A DNA stretch of 64,000 nt from an uncultured Gammaproteobacteria bacterium. Lineage in GTDB: Bacteria; Patescibacteriota; Microgenomatia; Levybacterales; GWA1-39-11. The notes beneath the pieces were generated by a model. The model saw only the letters and a program-made list of their open reading frames with translations. It had not been told where the DNA came from and searched no databases. Positions 12,584 through 22,401 of the stretch are shown here, one piece after another. Where the stretch lies: contig CAYPEN010000001.1 in the NCBI GenBank assembly GCA_964409875.1, positions 292,275-356,274 on the forward strand, in the 5' to 3' direction. A program made the translations under genes and the position numbers. Position 1 is the stretch's first letter. Each line of letters starts with the position of its first letter.

Positions 12584-13146
12584 AAAAATTTAATTTTCAA
12601 AAGGGGTATACTCTCGTTGAATTACTAGCAGTAACAGCCATCATAGTTATAATATCAGGCCTTATTATTGGGGTTCTGTACTCTACCCTACGGGGAGGGA
12701 GTAAAACAAAAGTGACGAATGACGTTGCTCAAAACGGGAATTACGCATTATCAGTGATATCAAATACTGCCCTACTTGCGGATGACGTAATTGCGCTTGA
12801 TGGGAGCCCAGTCTCTAATTGTACCGCACCAACTACTACCCCGGCAAAATCAATTGAGTTCCGGCAGGCAGACGGTTCGACCGTTGAATTTTCTTGTGAT
12901 TTGGCAACATCGAGCATTGCTTCAACAAGTGCAAATGTTAAAACATATCTTATGGATAATAATTCAGTGAAAGTGGACCCTTCAACATGCAGCTTTACGT
13001 GTTCTCAAAGCAATAATAATCCATATTCAAGTCCGATAATTGGTGTTTCATTTACCGTGTCACAGAGAAATACGTCGGCAGCATTTGAGAATATTGCATC
13101 CAGTACTTTTAATACGTCAGTCACTATGCGCAACTACAATCCGTAG
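12580..13146 (+). CDS. Pilin-like protein
   Basis: MKKFNFQKG|YTLVELLAVTAIIVIISGLIIG. Its start overlaps the previous gene with an ATGA overlap. Confidence 0.6.
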   Translation: MKKFNFQKGYTLVELLAVTAIIVIISGLIIGVLYSTLRGGSKTKVTNDVAQNGNYALSVISNTALLADDVIALDGSPVSNCTAPTTTPAKSIEFRQADGSTVEFSCDLATSSIASTSANVKTYLMDNNSVKVDPSTCSFTCSQSNNNPYSSPIIGVSFTVSQRNTSAAFENIASSTFNTSVTMRNYNP

Positions 13147-13170
13147 GATTGAGCTTTAATCCGTAGGATT
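13137..13170 (+). terminator. Two short hairpins (caatcc-gta-ggattg) 21 nt apart at the end of the pilin-6 gene. Possibly a weak terminator or attenuator.
   Basis: Perfect 6-bp and 5-bp inverted repeats seen directly in the sequence. The stop codon TAG sits in the first loop. There is no strong U-tract. Confidence 0.2.
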
Positions 13171-13224
13171 GCGTGGCGCAGCTGATAGTTACGTTTTCTC
13201 AATGAAAAAATAAAACCTCTGAGC

Positions 13225-13254
13225 TTGACAGGTGGTCATAATTGACCGTATTAT
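13225..13254 (+). promoter_or_regulatory. Sigma70-like promoter candidate (TTGACA-18 nt-TATTAT) upstream of the pilX-like/pilMNO genes
   Basis: Consensus hexamers seen directly. An ATG lies at 13265, about 10 nt after the -10 box, so the transcript would be nearly leaderless. Confidence 0.3.
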
Positions 13255-13264
13255 GTATAAGTAT

Positions 13265-14158
13265 ATGGCTTTACAAAGAAGTAAGTTTGTCCGTGGCCAA
13301 GAAGGACAAATCCTGCTTATTGTGGTTCTTACTATGATTGTTGCATTGACGGTGGGTCTCTCCATTGCTGCAAGAATTGTGACAGAATTGAAGCTGTCAA
13401 AACAAAACGAAGAGTCGCAGCGTGCCTTTCAAGCTGCTGAGGCTGGGATACAACAAACCCTCAAGGGCCAAAGTTCTATAAATGTTCCGATTTCTCTTGG
13501 AAATAATGCATCTTTTTCAACCACTTATTTGGCTGAAAATGGTACTGAAATCATTATGAATAACGGTCAAGCGGTTGATCAAGCTATAGGGGGAGACGTT
13601 TGGCTTTCTGACTATTCTTCCGACCCGGCACTTATTTTCAAAAACCCAATGGGGAATGGTAAAGCAGTATCCATTAATATATATTGGGGTGCCCAAAATC
13701 AAAACTCATGCGCTTCAAGTGGTGGTGATTCTGTTGCTCCTGCTATAGAAGTAGTGCTTCTCTCCGGAACTGCTGCTAATCCGATCATACAAAAAAGTGT
13801 ATATGAATCAAATGGATGCACAAGAATAGCAAACGCTACTGCCGGAATAACGGCAGGAGCGCCTTATACACTTAAAGGGGGAGTGAAATTTTACAACTAT
13901 GCACCCCTTACTTTTAATGGGAGCGCCTTGTCTAACGGACTTGTAATGAAAGTGATTCCTATTTTTAATTCGAGCATTGTGGGCTTTCAGGCGCAAGATA
14001 CAGCCCCCGATCCTGCTGACCCATACCCTTTTCCGGCTCAAGGGTCAGTTGTGAGCTCTACGGGCACATCGGGTGATACGGTTAGAAAAGTAGTCTACTA
14101 TCAATCATTCCCCCAACTGCCATTAGAAATCTTTCCGTATTCCCTGTTATCACAATGA
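13265..14158 (+). CDS. PilX-like pilus assembly/minor pilin protein
   Basis: The N-terminal hydrophobic helix followed by QRAFQAAEAG resembles the PilX N-terminal domain. The ORF-track start at 13232 is a GTG further upstream. Confidence 0.5.
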   Translation: MALQRSKFVRGQEGQILLIVVLTMIVALTVGLSIAARIVTELKLSKQNEESQRAFQAAEAGIQQTLKGQSSINVPISLGNNASFSTTYLAENGTEIIMNNGQAVDQAIGGDVWLSDYSSDPALIFKNPMGNGKAVSINIYWGAQNQNSCASSGGDSVAPAIEVVLLSGTAANPIIQKSVYESNGCTRIANATAGITAGAPYTLKGGVKFYNYAPLTFNGSALSNGLVMKVIPIFNSSIVGFQAQDTAPDPADPYPFPAQGSVVSSTGTSGDTVRKVVYYQSFPQLPLEIFPYSLLSQ

Positions 14159-15177
14159 GTGCAACGTTTGGTCTTGATATCGGTACAACATCCATTAAGG
14201 CGCTTTCCATAAAGAAAAGTGGAAATGTTATGTCTGTGGAATCATTAGGCTTGGGGCCGACGCCAACCAAGGGCATAATGTCCGAGTCAGGTGAGGACAT
14301 GGCAAGGTTCACAGACTCAGTTAAGCAGGTTATCGCAAGCGCAGGTATCAAACAAAGAGAAGTAAATATTGCGCTGCCCGAGAGTCAAGTCTATACAAAA
14401 ATAATTGAGATGCCTTCTCTTTCCGAAAAGGAACTAGCCGCAGCTCTAAAATATGAGATGGAACAATATATTCCACTTCCACTGGACCAGGTAAAAACCG
14501 ACTGGCAAATACTCGGCGCATCCACTCAAACTAAAGCGACAAGAGTTCTGCTTGTTGCCGCATCCCTTTCACTTATTAAAAAATATGAACAGGTTATGGA
14601 TACGTTAGGGATGGTGCCTGCTACTATCGAGACAGAAATGATATCAGTGCATAGAGCGATATTTCCGCTTGTAAATACACAATCCTCCAACATTATTGTG
14701 CATATGGGAGCAGCAACAACAAATATTGCCGTTGTTGAAAATGGTGAAGTTGTTATGGTCTTTACCGTTGATAAAGGAGGAATAGCTATAACCCGGGCAA
14801 TCTCACTTGATTTGGGAATTGATTTATCACAAGCAGACTCTTATAAAAAGGCGTATGGATTGAGTAAAGAGGCGTTTGAAGGGAAAATTGGTAAATCCCT
14901 ATTCCCTATTCTTGAGTCAATACTGGGAGATATTCGAAAAACAATTCTCCTATATAAAGAAAAAAACCCCAACCAGCAGATTACGCAACTCATACTCTCG
15001 GGTGGATCTGCACAACTTCCGGGTGTTGATATATATTTTACCAATCAACTTAATTTGCAGGTGGTTTTGGGAAATGCATTTCAAATTTATGACATAAAAA
15101 ATGTTCCGCAAGAACTATCCTCTGACGCTTTAAGTTTTAATGTCGTTGTGGGGCTCGCCCTCAAAGACATTATCTAG
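14155..15177 (+). CDS. pilM: Type IV pilus assembly protein PilM (actin-like ATPase fold)
   Basis: A 340-aa ORF beginning FGLDIGTTSIKAL, with length and position matching PilM. Confidence 0.8.
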   Translation: MSATFGLDIGTTSIKALSIKKSGNVMSVESLGLGPTPTKGIMSESGEDMARFTDSVKQVIASAGIKQREVNIALPESQVYTKIIEMPSLSEKELAAALKYEMEQYIPLPLDQVKTDWQILGASTQTKATRVLLVAASLSLIKKYEQVMDTLGMVPATIETEMISVHRAIFPLVNTQSSNIIVHMGAATTNIAVVENGEVVMVFTVDKGGIAITRAISLDLGIDLSQADSYKKAYGLSKEAFEGKIGKSLFPILESILGDIRKTILLYKEKNPNQQITQLILSGGSAQLPGVDIYFTNQLNLQVVLGNAFQIYDIKNVPQELSSDALSFNVVVGLALKDII

Positions 15178-15209
15178 CAAGTCCATATACACATCTTTGA
15201 ACTGCCCAT

Positions 15210-15746
15210 ATGAAACAAACCATAAACCTTGCGTCAGGCAAAAAGAGTGTTGATAGTGCGCTTCGCAAAGTATTTATCGCCTCTGTTGCCTTATTCTGCC
15301 TGGTGGTACTTCTTTCGTTCACACTTATTGTTTACCGTCTTTTCTTAAAAAACTCCTTTGAGGAGTTGGATAACAAAGAAAAAAAACTGAATGAACAAAT
15401 ATTAGCAAATGTTGACAAAAGGGATAAGCTTGTAGAAATTAAGGGAAGACTTGATGATATCCGCAAGATCCTCTCTAGAAGACTTCCAATGAATGCAAGA
15501 GTCGCTTCATTAACGGAAATTATACCCGATGATGTTACCGTTGAGACGATAAACGGAACAGATGTAGATATTCAAATTTCTCTAGAATCGGAGAATTTAT
15601 CAACGCTTAACGATTTGGTTGAACAAAAGATAGCAAATCTTGCACAGGATAAAAAAAGAAAAATAAAAAAAATTCAAATGCAATCCTTTGGCTTGAATCC
15701 CAAAACACTAAAGTATTCCGTGACATTTACGATAACGTTTAGTTGA
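15210..15746 (+). CDS. pilN: PilN-like bitopic protein
   Basis: A single N-terminal TM helix plus a coiled-coil, located after pilM. Confidence 0.5.
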   Translation: MKQTINLASGKKSVDSALRKVFIASVALFCLVVLLSFTLIVYRLFLKNSFEELDNKEKKLNEQILANVDKRDKLVEIKGRLDDIRKILSRRLPMNARVASLTEIIPDDVTVETINGTDVDIQISLESENLSTLNDLVEQKIANLAQDKKRKIKKIQMQSFGLNPKTLKYSVTFTITFS

Positions 15747-15747
15747 C

Positions 15748-16407
15748 ATGAAAGAACTTGAATTAATCTACAGAAAAAGAAAAAAACAACTTCTTCCTAT
15801 AATCTTTGGTTTTGCGTCCGTTTTTGTTTTTTTTAGAATTATTATCCCGCAATGGTCGGATATACAGGATGCACAGCAACTTATTACAACCAAAGACAGT
15901 GTCGTGAAAGCGAAAGAGACAACAGTAGCGCTGTTGGAGTCTCTCTCACAAGAAAATGTAGATAATGATTATATGCTTGCAACAACTGCTTTGCCGGCTC
16001 AAAAGGATGTCGTCCTTATTTTTTCGGAACTTTCCGATGCTTCTTCTAAGGCAGGAGTAAAGCTTGGAGGTTTTACTATAAAAGTTGGTGGCGTATATTC
16101 AACTTCCAAAACGCAACAAGTATCAGGTGAAAAGTCAATTAACGGAATTCCTTTTATAAACATTCTTGTCACTGTAAGCGGCAAAAACGACGGCCTTCGT
16201 AAATTTGCAGAAATCATGTATAAAAGTATGCCGGTTGTGGAGATAAAGAGCGTTGATATCTCTAAAAGTGATGCAAGGTATAATGTAAATTTTTTCTATA
16301 AGCCAGTTGCGTTGAAAGCACCGAATGCAGACTCAACTGCCCTGACAAATCTTACCCCTCTTCAATCGTCCCAATTGAAGGAATTAAAGGGATGGAAAGG
16401 GGAATAG
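15748..16407 (+). CDS. pilO: PilO-like protein
   Basis: An N-terminal TM helix and matching position; no strong motif. Confidence 0.45.
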   Translation: MKELELIYRKRKKQLLPIIFGFASVFVFFRIIIPQWSDIQDAQQLITTKDSVVKAKETTVALLESLSQENVDNDYMLATTALPAQKDVVLIFSELSDASSKAGVKLGGFTIKVGGVYSTSKTQQVSGEKSINGIPFINILVTVSGKNDGLRKFAEIMYKSMPVVEIKSVDISKSDARYNVNFFYKPVALKAPNADSTALTNLTPLQSSQLKELKGWKGE

Positions 16408-16415
16408 GTAATCCG

Positions 16416-17111
16416 TTATTCTATTGCTTTTTTCACAAGGTCAGGTCTTCTTTCAAGGGTAATTTTTACTGCTTGCTCCTTTTTGAATTTGTTAATTATT
16501 TTTGGGTTCCCGGATAGTAAATCTTTAGGTACTGGCATATTCTCAAACATCTCTGGACGCGTATAGGTCGGTCCTTCCAGAATTCGCCCAACGGACGTTT
16601 CGGAGTGGGATTCTGTCTGTGTCGCATTTTCATCCTTCAAAACTCCCGGAATAAGTCTTGTGACACTATCAATTATTGCCATTGCCGGAATTTCACCACC
16701 TGTCAGAACATAATCACCGACCGAGACTTCCATATCAACAAGACTCCTTATCCGTTCATCAAATCCCTCGTAGTGTCCACAGACAAGGATAAGATGGGCA
16801 AGATGGGAAAAATCTTCGGCATTTGACTGCTTGTAAACTGTCCCCTGAGGGTCAAGAAGCACTACTTTTTCACCATCAACTCCTGTTTTTGTTGAACGAA
16901 TTGCGTTTGCCATGACATCGACTCTGAGTACCATACCCGCCCCGCCCCCATACGGCTTGTCATCAACAATTTTATGTCTTCCAATACCAAAATTCCGGTG
17001 ATTGACTATTTGGAATTCCACTCTGCCTTTTTGTTGTGCCCTTTTAAGTATAGAAGTGCTAAGTACCGCCTCAAACATTTCAGGAAATAGCGTGATAACA
17101 GAAATTTTCAT
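16416..17111 (-). CDS. trmD: tRNA (guanine37-N1)-methyltransferase
   Basis: MKISVITLFPEMFE...KPYGGGAGMVL SPOUT knot motifs. Confidence 0.9.
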   Translation of the reverse strand: MKISVITLFPEMFEAVLSTSILKRAQQKGRVEFQIVNHRNFGIGRHKIVDDKPYGGGAGMVLRVDVMANAIRSTKTGVDGEKVVLLDPQGTVYKQSNAEDFSHLAHLILVCGHYEGFDERIRSLVDMEVSVGDYVLTGGEIPAMAIIDSVTRLIPGVLKDENATQTESHSETSVGRILEGPTYTRPEMFENMPVPKDLLSGNPKIINKFKKEQAVKITLERRPDLVKKAIE

Positions 17112-17169
17112 ATTAATAGTTTAAAGCTTTTTGAAAAGATGTCGAGTGAGGTGTAAAAAAGAGGGAACC

Positions 17170-17403
17170 CTAATTTTCTTCGACGTTTACTTCTACGCGT
17201 TTGTTTTCTTTTATCGCTTGAATTTTAACAAGCTGTTTCATTGCATTGATGACCTTGCCACCTTTTCCAATGATTTTACCTATTTCCTCCTGAGGGGCAT
17301 GGATTGTGAGAATGATGTCCCCTGCTTCACCTTCGTCTTCACTGACGGTGATTTCTTTATTTGAAAACGTTTTTTCGAGAATATATTCCAGAAGTTCGCG
17401 CAT
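17170..17403 (-). CDS. KH-domain RNA-binding protein (YlqC-like)
   Basis: A 77-aa ORF with a GKIIGKGGKVINAMKQL KH GXXG loop, sitting between rpsP and trmD as in rpsP operons. Confidence 0.6.
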   Translation of the reverse strand: MRELLEYILEKTFSNKEITVSEDEGEAGDIILTIHAPQEEIGKIIGKGGKVINAMKQLVKIQAIKENKRVEVNVEEN

Positions 17404-17404
17404 A

Positions 17405-17671
17405 TTAGTCAGCTTTTGGTTGTTTTACTTTCTTAGGGCGTTTTACACCTTCGATAGCATCCTTAACGGAGGGGGTCATTTGTGCACCTTTTGAAACCCA
17501 ATATTTTATTTTGTCATTATCAAATTCCTTTGTAACCCCGGTTGTTGTTTTTTCATAAAAACCAAGAAGATCAACCGGTTTCCCATCACGTCTTGATCTT
17601 TTTTCTTTGACAACTAACCTGAACTTGCGCTCTCCGCGTTTTCCTGTTCGTGTAAATCGTATAACTAACAT
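17405..17671 (-). CDS. rpsP: 30S ribosomal protein S16
   Basis: MLVIRFTRTGKRGERKFRLVV... at 88 aa. The ORF-track start at 17740 is an upstream extension. Confidence 0.85.
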   Translation of the reverse strand: MLVIRFTRTGKRGERKFRLVVKEKRSRRDGKPVDLLGFYEKTTTGVTKEFDNDKIKYWVSKGAQMTPSVKDAIEGVKRPKKVKQPKAD

Positions 17672-17743
17672 ATTATTTAGCTGGTCATAAGACCATTCGT
17701 GATATTGTACTATTTTTGAGGCAAATTCGCAAGATTGCAATTA

Positions 17744-18412
17744 CTATTCATTATGAAGTGCTTCAAGTGCTTTTTGCGCGGCATCCTTTTCTGCCTCTTG
17801 TTTGGAACGGCCAGTACCATTTGCGACCAACTCCCCGTTCAAAAAGACACCGGCAGTATATTTTTTGTCATGGTCGGGCCCTTCCTCGTCAAGAATCCGG
17901 TAATCAGGAGAAACTTTATATTTTTCCTGCATGAATTCCTGTAGCATACTTTTTGGGTCTTTGAGGCCCTGGCTTCCGACAAACTCATTCTGGTTGGCAA
18001 GAATAGTTGTTGCAATAAAATCTCTTGCCTTTTCTATTCCCCCATCTAAAAAGAGTCCACCGACGACTGCCTCGTATGTGTTTGCAAGAATCGTTTTATT
18101 TGTTCTGCCTCCCCCTTCTTCTTCTCCTTTGCTCATTTTAAGAAGTGACCCCAGTCCCAGATTGTCAGCAACAATATACAGTGTTTGGGTGTTGGTGAGA
18201 ACAGAGCGAAGGCTGGTGAGCTCTCCTTCTTTCAGGTTAGGGTATTGTTCGTATATAGCAGAGGAAACCACAAATGAAAGGATGCTGTCCCCCAAAAACT
18301 CCAGTCTCTCGTTTGATTCTTTTGCCTCCTTATTTTCATTAAGATATGACCTGTGTGTAAACACTATAGAGCGCACTTCTTCATTTGAGAATACCGGTAA
18401 TTTTACGTTCAT
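17744..18412 (-). CDS. rnc: Ribonuclease III
   Basis: ERLEFLGDSILSFVV RNase III signature plus a C-terminal dsRBD. Confidence 0.9.
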   Translation of the reverse strand: MNVKLPVFSNEEVRSIVFTHRSYLNENKEAKESNERLEFLGDSILSFVVSSAIYEQYPNLKEGELTSLRSVLTNTQTLYIVADNLGLGSLLKMSKGEEEGGGRTNKTILANTYEAVVGGLFLDGGIEKARDFIATTILANQNEFVGSQGLKDPKSMLQEFMQEKYKVSPDYRILDEEGPDHDKKYTAGVFLNGELVANGTGRSKQEAEKDAAQKALEALHNE

Positions 18413-18413
18413 A

Positions 18414-18773
18414 TCAATCCTTTTTTTCCTTTATAAGCTTTCCTAATGCCCCATTTACAAAACCAGGCGACGCTTCCCCTCCAAATTCCTTTGCTAGCTC
18501 AATTGCTTCATCAATAATTACCTTTGGTGGCGCCTTCTTTTCAAATTGTAACTCATAAATGGCCAGCCGCAAAATAGCAAGATCTACTTTGTTAATTTTT
18601 TCTATAGGAAATTCCGGTGCAATTTTACGCACTGTCGTATCTATTTGACTAAAATTATCAATGATAAGTTTGGCTTTCTCGTTGGGAATATTCTGTTCGA
18701 CAAAACTGTAGGAAAAAAGTAATTGGACAATGTCTTGTCTTGTTTTGTGCCGTGGGTCTGAGGCCGTCTTCAT
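18414..18773 (-). CDS. nusB: Transcription antitermination factor NusB
   Basis: A 119-aa ORF with RHKTRQDIVQLLF and AILRLAIYEL, as in the NusB fold. Confidence 0.8.
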   Translation of the reverse strand: MKTASDPRHKTRQDIVQLLFSYSFVEQNIPNEKAKLIIDNFSQIDTTVRKIAPEFPIEKINKVDLAILRLAIYELQFEKKAPPKVIIDEAIELAKEFGGEASPGFVNGALGKLIKEKKD

Positions 18774-18777
18774 GAAG

Positions 18778-18954
18778 TTATTTTGAGAGAACTTGCCGCC
18801 CTTTATAGTAACCGCACGCAGAACACACCGTATGCGGAACTACAACTGAGCCGCAATTCTTACAAATTGTAGATGAAGTAACTGAAAGGGAAATTGAACT
18901 TCGCCTTTTTCCCTTACGTTGCCTTGAATGTCTTCTTTTTGGTTCTTGTGGCAT
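18778..18954 (-). CDS. rpmF: 50S ribosomal protein L32
   Basis: Manual translation gives MPQEPKRRHSRQRKGKRRSSISLSVTSSTICKNCGSVVVPHTVCSACGYYKGRQVLSK (58 aa), with the L32 basic N-terminus and a CxxC...CxxC zinc ribbon. It lies 4 nt upstream of nusB. The ORF track missed it because it is under 60 aa. Confidence 0.7.
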   Translation of the reverse strand: MPQEPKRRHSRQRKGKRRSSISLSVTSSTICKNCGSVVVPHTVCSACGYYKGRQVLSK

Positions 18955-19019
18955 AAATAAAAGCGTTTTTTAGGCGCCTTGTAGGTATTATAGTAAATTT
19001 TACGCTCATTCGCAACATA

Positions 19020-21047
19020 TTAGTCGGGATGAACAAGTTTTAGGGTTACCCCTTTAACTTTTTCTAGCAGTGCGCTTTCTTTAGTTAGTGTCGGAAATAG
19101 ATGTTCTGCTTCACTTTTTGCTCTCTCAACAAGTTCAAAATTTCTAAAATCAGCAATTTTAAAACCGCGATATCCATGCTGCCGTGTGCCGAACAGGTCA
19201 CCTCCACCGCGGAGTTTTAAGTCAAGTTCCGCAAGTTCAAAGCCGCTTTCAGCCTTCTCCATGTACCTGAGTCTATCTAAAACAGCTTGCGTGCTGCTTT
19301 CTGTGAATAACAAACAATACGATTGCTTGTCTCCCCTTCCCACCCTACCCCTTAATTGGTGAAGTTGAGCCAGCCCAAATCTATCTGATGCTTCGATAAC
19401 CATGATGGTTGCATCCGGTATATCAATTCCCACTTCAACGACGGGGGTTGATACGAGTACATTGTATTCCTTGTTTTTGAATTTATTCAGAACCTCATCT
19501 TTCTCTTTTGCTTCCAGCTTTCCGTGCAAAAGCCCTAATTTGAGCTCTTTTAAATCCTCTTTTTGTAACCGCTCAAATTCCGCCTTTGCAGCTTTCACCG
19601 TATCCATGTTTTCAGACTCTTCGATGAACGGGCAAACAATGAACGCCTGGTCCTGGTATTCACTTTCAACTATTTGTTTTTTTATCCATTCATATGCATT
19701 TGTACGCTTTACAGGTGGGACGAGCCATGTCTTTATGTGCTTTCTGCCTTTCGGCATTTCCTTAAGAAGTGATGTATCAAGGTCTTTGTATATTGCAAGA
19801 AGAATGGTTCTTGGGATAGGCGTTGCAGTCATCGTCAGAAAATGCGGGTTTGTTCCTTTCTGGCGGAGGATTGCGCGCTGCTCTACTCCAAAGCGCTGCT
19901 GTTCGTCGATTACGACCAGCCCCAACTTTTCAAAATCTACGCTTTTCTGAATGAGTGCATGGGTACCAATGGAAATTTTTAATTTTAAATCTTCAATTTT
20001 TAATTTTTTACTTCCGGTGATTAATTCGACAGCAATTCCATACGGTTCGAAGAGTTTTTTTATTGTTCCGTAGTGCTGATATGCCAAAATTTCAGTCGGG
20101 GCCATAAGAACTGATTGGTACCCGTTTAAGAAGGCAATATACATTGCAATTGCAGCAACTACCGTCTTCCCGCTTCCAACATCACCTTCCAAAAGCCGGT
20201 TCATGGGAATTTCTTTTTGAAGGTCATTTTCTATATCATTAAGGGCTTGTTTTTGGCCTTCAGTAAGTGTAAACGGCAACGCATCGATAAAATGTTTAAT
20301 TTTTAATTCTAAATTTTTAACTTCAAAAGGAAGTCCTTTATTTTTGTGGTTCCACTCGTCACGCCTTTTAAGAGCTGCCAAATGTGAGAGGAGCAGCTCG
20401 TCAAAAGCAAGTCTCTCGCGGGCAAGCTCTGCTTCCTGTATGCTTTTTGGGAAATGACAGGAATACAGCGACTCATAAAGAGGCTTATACTGTAACCTAT
20501 TCAACTCATTTACGTTCAGAAAGTCAGGTATGCTTTTATTGTGAGAGAGGATATCGTATATTCTGTTCCTGAGCCACTTTGAAGAAAGTCCCCGTGTTTC
20601 ATTATATATAGGAACAAGGCCGGTCGTATGGATACCATTTGATTGCCCCAGTACCTCGTATTCTTTAATTTGAAAAGACGGTTTTTTCCCAAAGAATTCA
20701 AGCTTGCCGACTAATCCCACTTCATCTCCCGGGTGGATGATGCGTGTGATATATGATTGATTGAACCACGTACACTGTAGTGTTCCTGTGCCGTCGGTAA
20801 CCGTTGCTTTCTGAAGCACAAATCCTTTGCGCGTATATTCGTTTTTTATGTCAACTACCGTCCCGCGGACAACCGATGTTTCCCCAAATTTTATTGAGCG
20901 GATAGTAACTGAATTTGTGAAATCTTCATATCGAAAAGGGAGATGGAATAAAAGGTCTTCAATGGTAAATATATTAAGTCGCGTAAGTGCGGCATTTTTC
21001 AGGCGATACACAAGACCTGCTTGAGCTATTGGAGTTGTAAGGTCCAT
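19020..21047 (-). CDS. recG: ATP-dependent DNA helicase RecG
   Basis: A 675-aa ORF with an N-terminal wedge domain, helicase motif I GSGKTVVA, VIDEQQRFGV and C-terminal helicase motifs. Confidence 0.9.
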   Translation of the reverse strand: MDLTTPIAQAGLVYRLKNAALTRLNIFTIEDLLFHLPFRYEDFTNSVTIRSIKFGETSVVRGTVVDIKNEYTRKGFVLQKATVTDGTGTLQCTWFNQSYITRIIHPGDEVGLVGKLEFFGKKPSFQIKEYEVLGQSNGIHTTGLVPIYNETRGLSSKWLRNRIYDILSHNKSIPDFLNVNELNRLQYKPLYESLYSCHFPKSIQEAELARERLAFDELLLSHLAALKRRDEWNHKNKGLPFEVKNLELKIKHFIDALPFTLTEGQKQALNDIENDLQKEIPMNRLLEGDVGSGKTVVAAIAMYIAFLNGYQSVLMAPTEILAYQHYGTIKKLFEPYGIAVELITGSKKLKIEDLKLKISIGTHALIQKSVDFEKLGLVVIDEQQRFGVEQRAILRQKGTNPHFLTMTATPIPRTILLAIYKDLDTSLLKEMPKGRKHIKTWLVPPVKRTNAYEWIKKQIVESEYQDQAFIVCPFIEESENMDTVKAAKAEFERLQKEDLKELKLGLLHGKLEAKEKDEVLNKFKNKEYNVLVSTPVVEVGIDIPDATIMVIEASDRFGLAQLHQLRGRVGRGDKQSYCLLFTESSTQAVLDRLRYMEKAESGFELAELDLKLRGGGDLFGTRQHGYRGFKIADFRNFELVERAKSEAEHLFPTLTKESALLEKVKGVTLKLVHPD

Positions 21048-21050
21048 TTA

Positions 21051-21152
21051 TCAACGAAGTACGTAAGGCAAGATAATTGTTGCAATCATAGCTAAAGTTG
21101 CTACTATGACAACCACTTTCATTATCCACTTTCTTTTGCGAATTTCTTCCAT
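21051..21152 (-). CDS. Candidate 33-aa membrane micro-protein, translationally coupled to tyrS
   Basis: MEEIRKRKWIMKVVVIVATLAMIATIILPYVLR. Its ATG overlaps the tyrS TAA (TAATG), it has a single hydrophobic helix, and it ends in TGA followed by TAA. Confidence 0.25.
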   Translation of the reverse strand: MEEIRKRKWIMKVVVIVATLAMIATIILPYVLR

Positions 21153-22336
21153 TATTTCTTTTTTATTCTAACATATTTTCTTTTACCCATTTTAAGAATT
21201 GATTCTTCGGGAAGGTCTTTTGTATTGAAAAAAGGACTATCAATTTTAGTGTCGTTAAACGAGGCTCCGTGTTGTTCAACGAGCCGTTTCCATTCAGACA
21301 TTGAATCAACAAGTCCCCTTTCTATGACAACTTTTGAAAGCGGTTGTCCATTCATAACGACTATCTCTTCGATATCTTTCGGTAGTTCTTTGTTTTGAAC
21401 TATGCTTTCAAAACTTTCTTCTGCTTCTTGTGCCTTCTCTTTACTGTGATACATTTCGACAACAGTTACTGCAAGTTTTTTCTTAAAACTCATAGGGTTT
21501 TCTCCATCTTTTATTTTTTGTTCAATCTCCCGTATTTCTGAAGTAAGCATGTCAGTTGCAAGTGTAAAATATTCAACTATCAATTCGTCTTTTAAAGACA
21601 TTATCTTGCCAAACATTTCATCAGGTCCGTCTGTCAGCCAAATTGCATTCCCCCAAGTCTTACTCATCTTCCGTCCGTCCGTCCCGGAAAGAAAACTATT
21701 CGTCATGACAAAACTTTCCTTGTCTCTCAAGTCCTTGTTGAGTGTTCGGCCAGCTTGCATGTTGAAGGTTTGGTCTGTGCCTCCAAGCTGCAGGTCCGTA
21801 TCTAAATGATAGCTGTCATACCCTTGCATTACGGGATATAGAACCTCATGTAATCCGATTTTTTTCCCTTCGTTAAGACGCTTTTTTATAAGTTCGCGGG
21901 AAATGAAATCACCCAATGTAAAATGCTGGGTAAGTTTTACAATTTCGTCAAACCTTAATTCCGAGAGCCATTGACTATTAAAAAGCAATTTTATTCTAGA
22001 AAAATCCAAGACTTTTTCCGCCTGGGACTTATAGGTTTCTAAATTTTTCTGAATTTCATCTTTTGTTAATTGGGGCCGTTCCGTTTCTTTGTCCGAAGTG
22101 TCGCCGACGAGCGCTGTAAAGTCGCCTACAAGAAATGTTACGTTATGTCCTAATTCGGCGAATTTCTGAAGTTTTCGGAGTGTAACCGCATGCCCTAAAT
22201 GTATGTTGACGGCAGTCGGGTCAATGCCAAGATACACATTAAGCTTTTTGCCCGTGACAAGAACCTTTTTGAGCATATCCGTTGAGGGAATTATATTGGC
22301 AATACCGCGGGTTAGTAATTCTTCAATTTCGTCCAT
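21152..22336 (-). CDS. tyrS: Tyrosyl-tRNA synthetase
   Basis: GIDPTAVNIHLGHAV (HIGH), KMSKT (KMSKS) and a C-terminal S4-like basic tail. Confidence 0.85.
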   Translation of the reverse strand: MDEIEELLTRGIANIIPSTDMLKKVLVTGKKLNVYLGIDPTAVNIHLGHAVTLRKLQKFAELGHNVTFLVGDFTALVGDTSDKETERPQLTKDEIQKNLETYKSQAEKVLDFSRIKLLFNSQWLSELRFDEIVKLTQHFTLGDFISRELIKKRLNEGKKIGLHEVLYPVMQGYDSYHLDTDLQLGGTDQTFNMQAGRTLNKDLRDKESFVMTNSFLSGTDGRKMSKTWGNAIWLTDGPDEMFGKIMSLKDELIVEYFTLATDMLTSEIREIEQKIKDGENPMSFKKKLAVTVVEMYHSKEKAQEAEESFESIVQNKELPKDIEEIVVMNGQPLSKVVIERGLVDSMSEWKRLVEQHGASFNDTKIDSPFFNTKDLPEESILKMGKRKYVRIKKK

Positions 22337-22401
22337 ACAACGATTATAACAGTGTCATTGTTTTTAGTTCAACTTCCGGTCTGTTATACTAGCAAAAAAC
22401 A

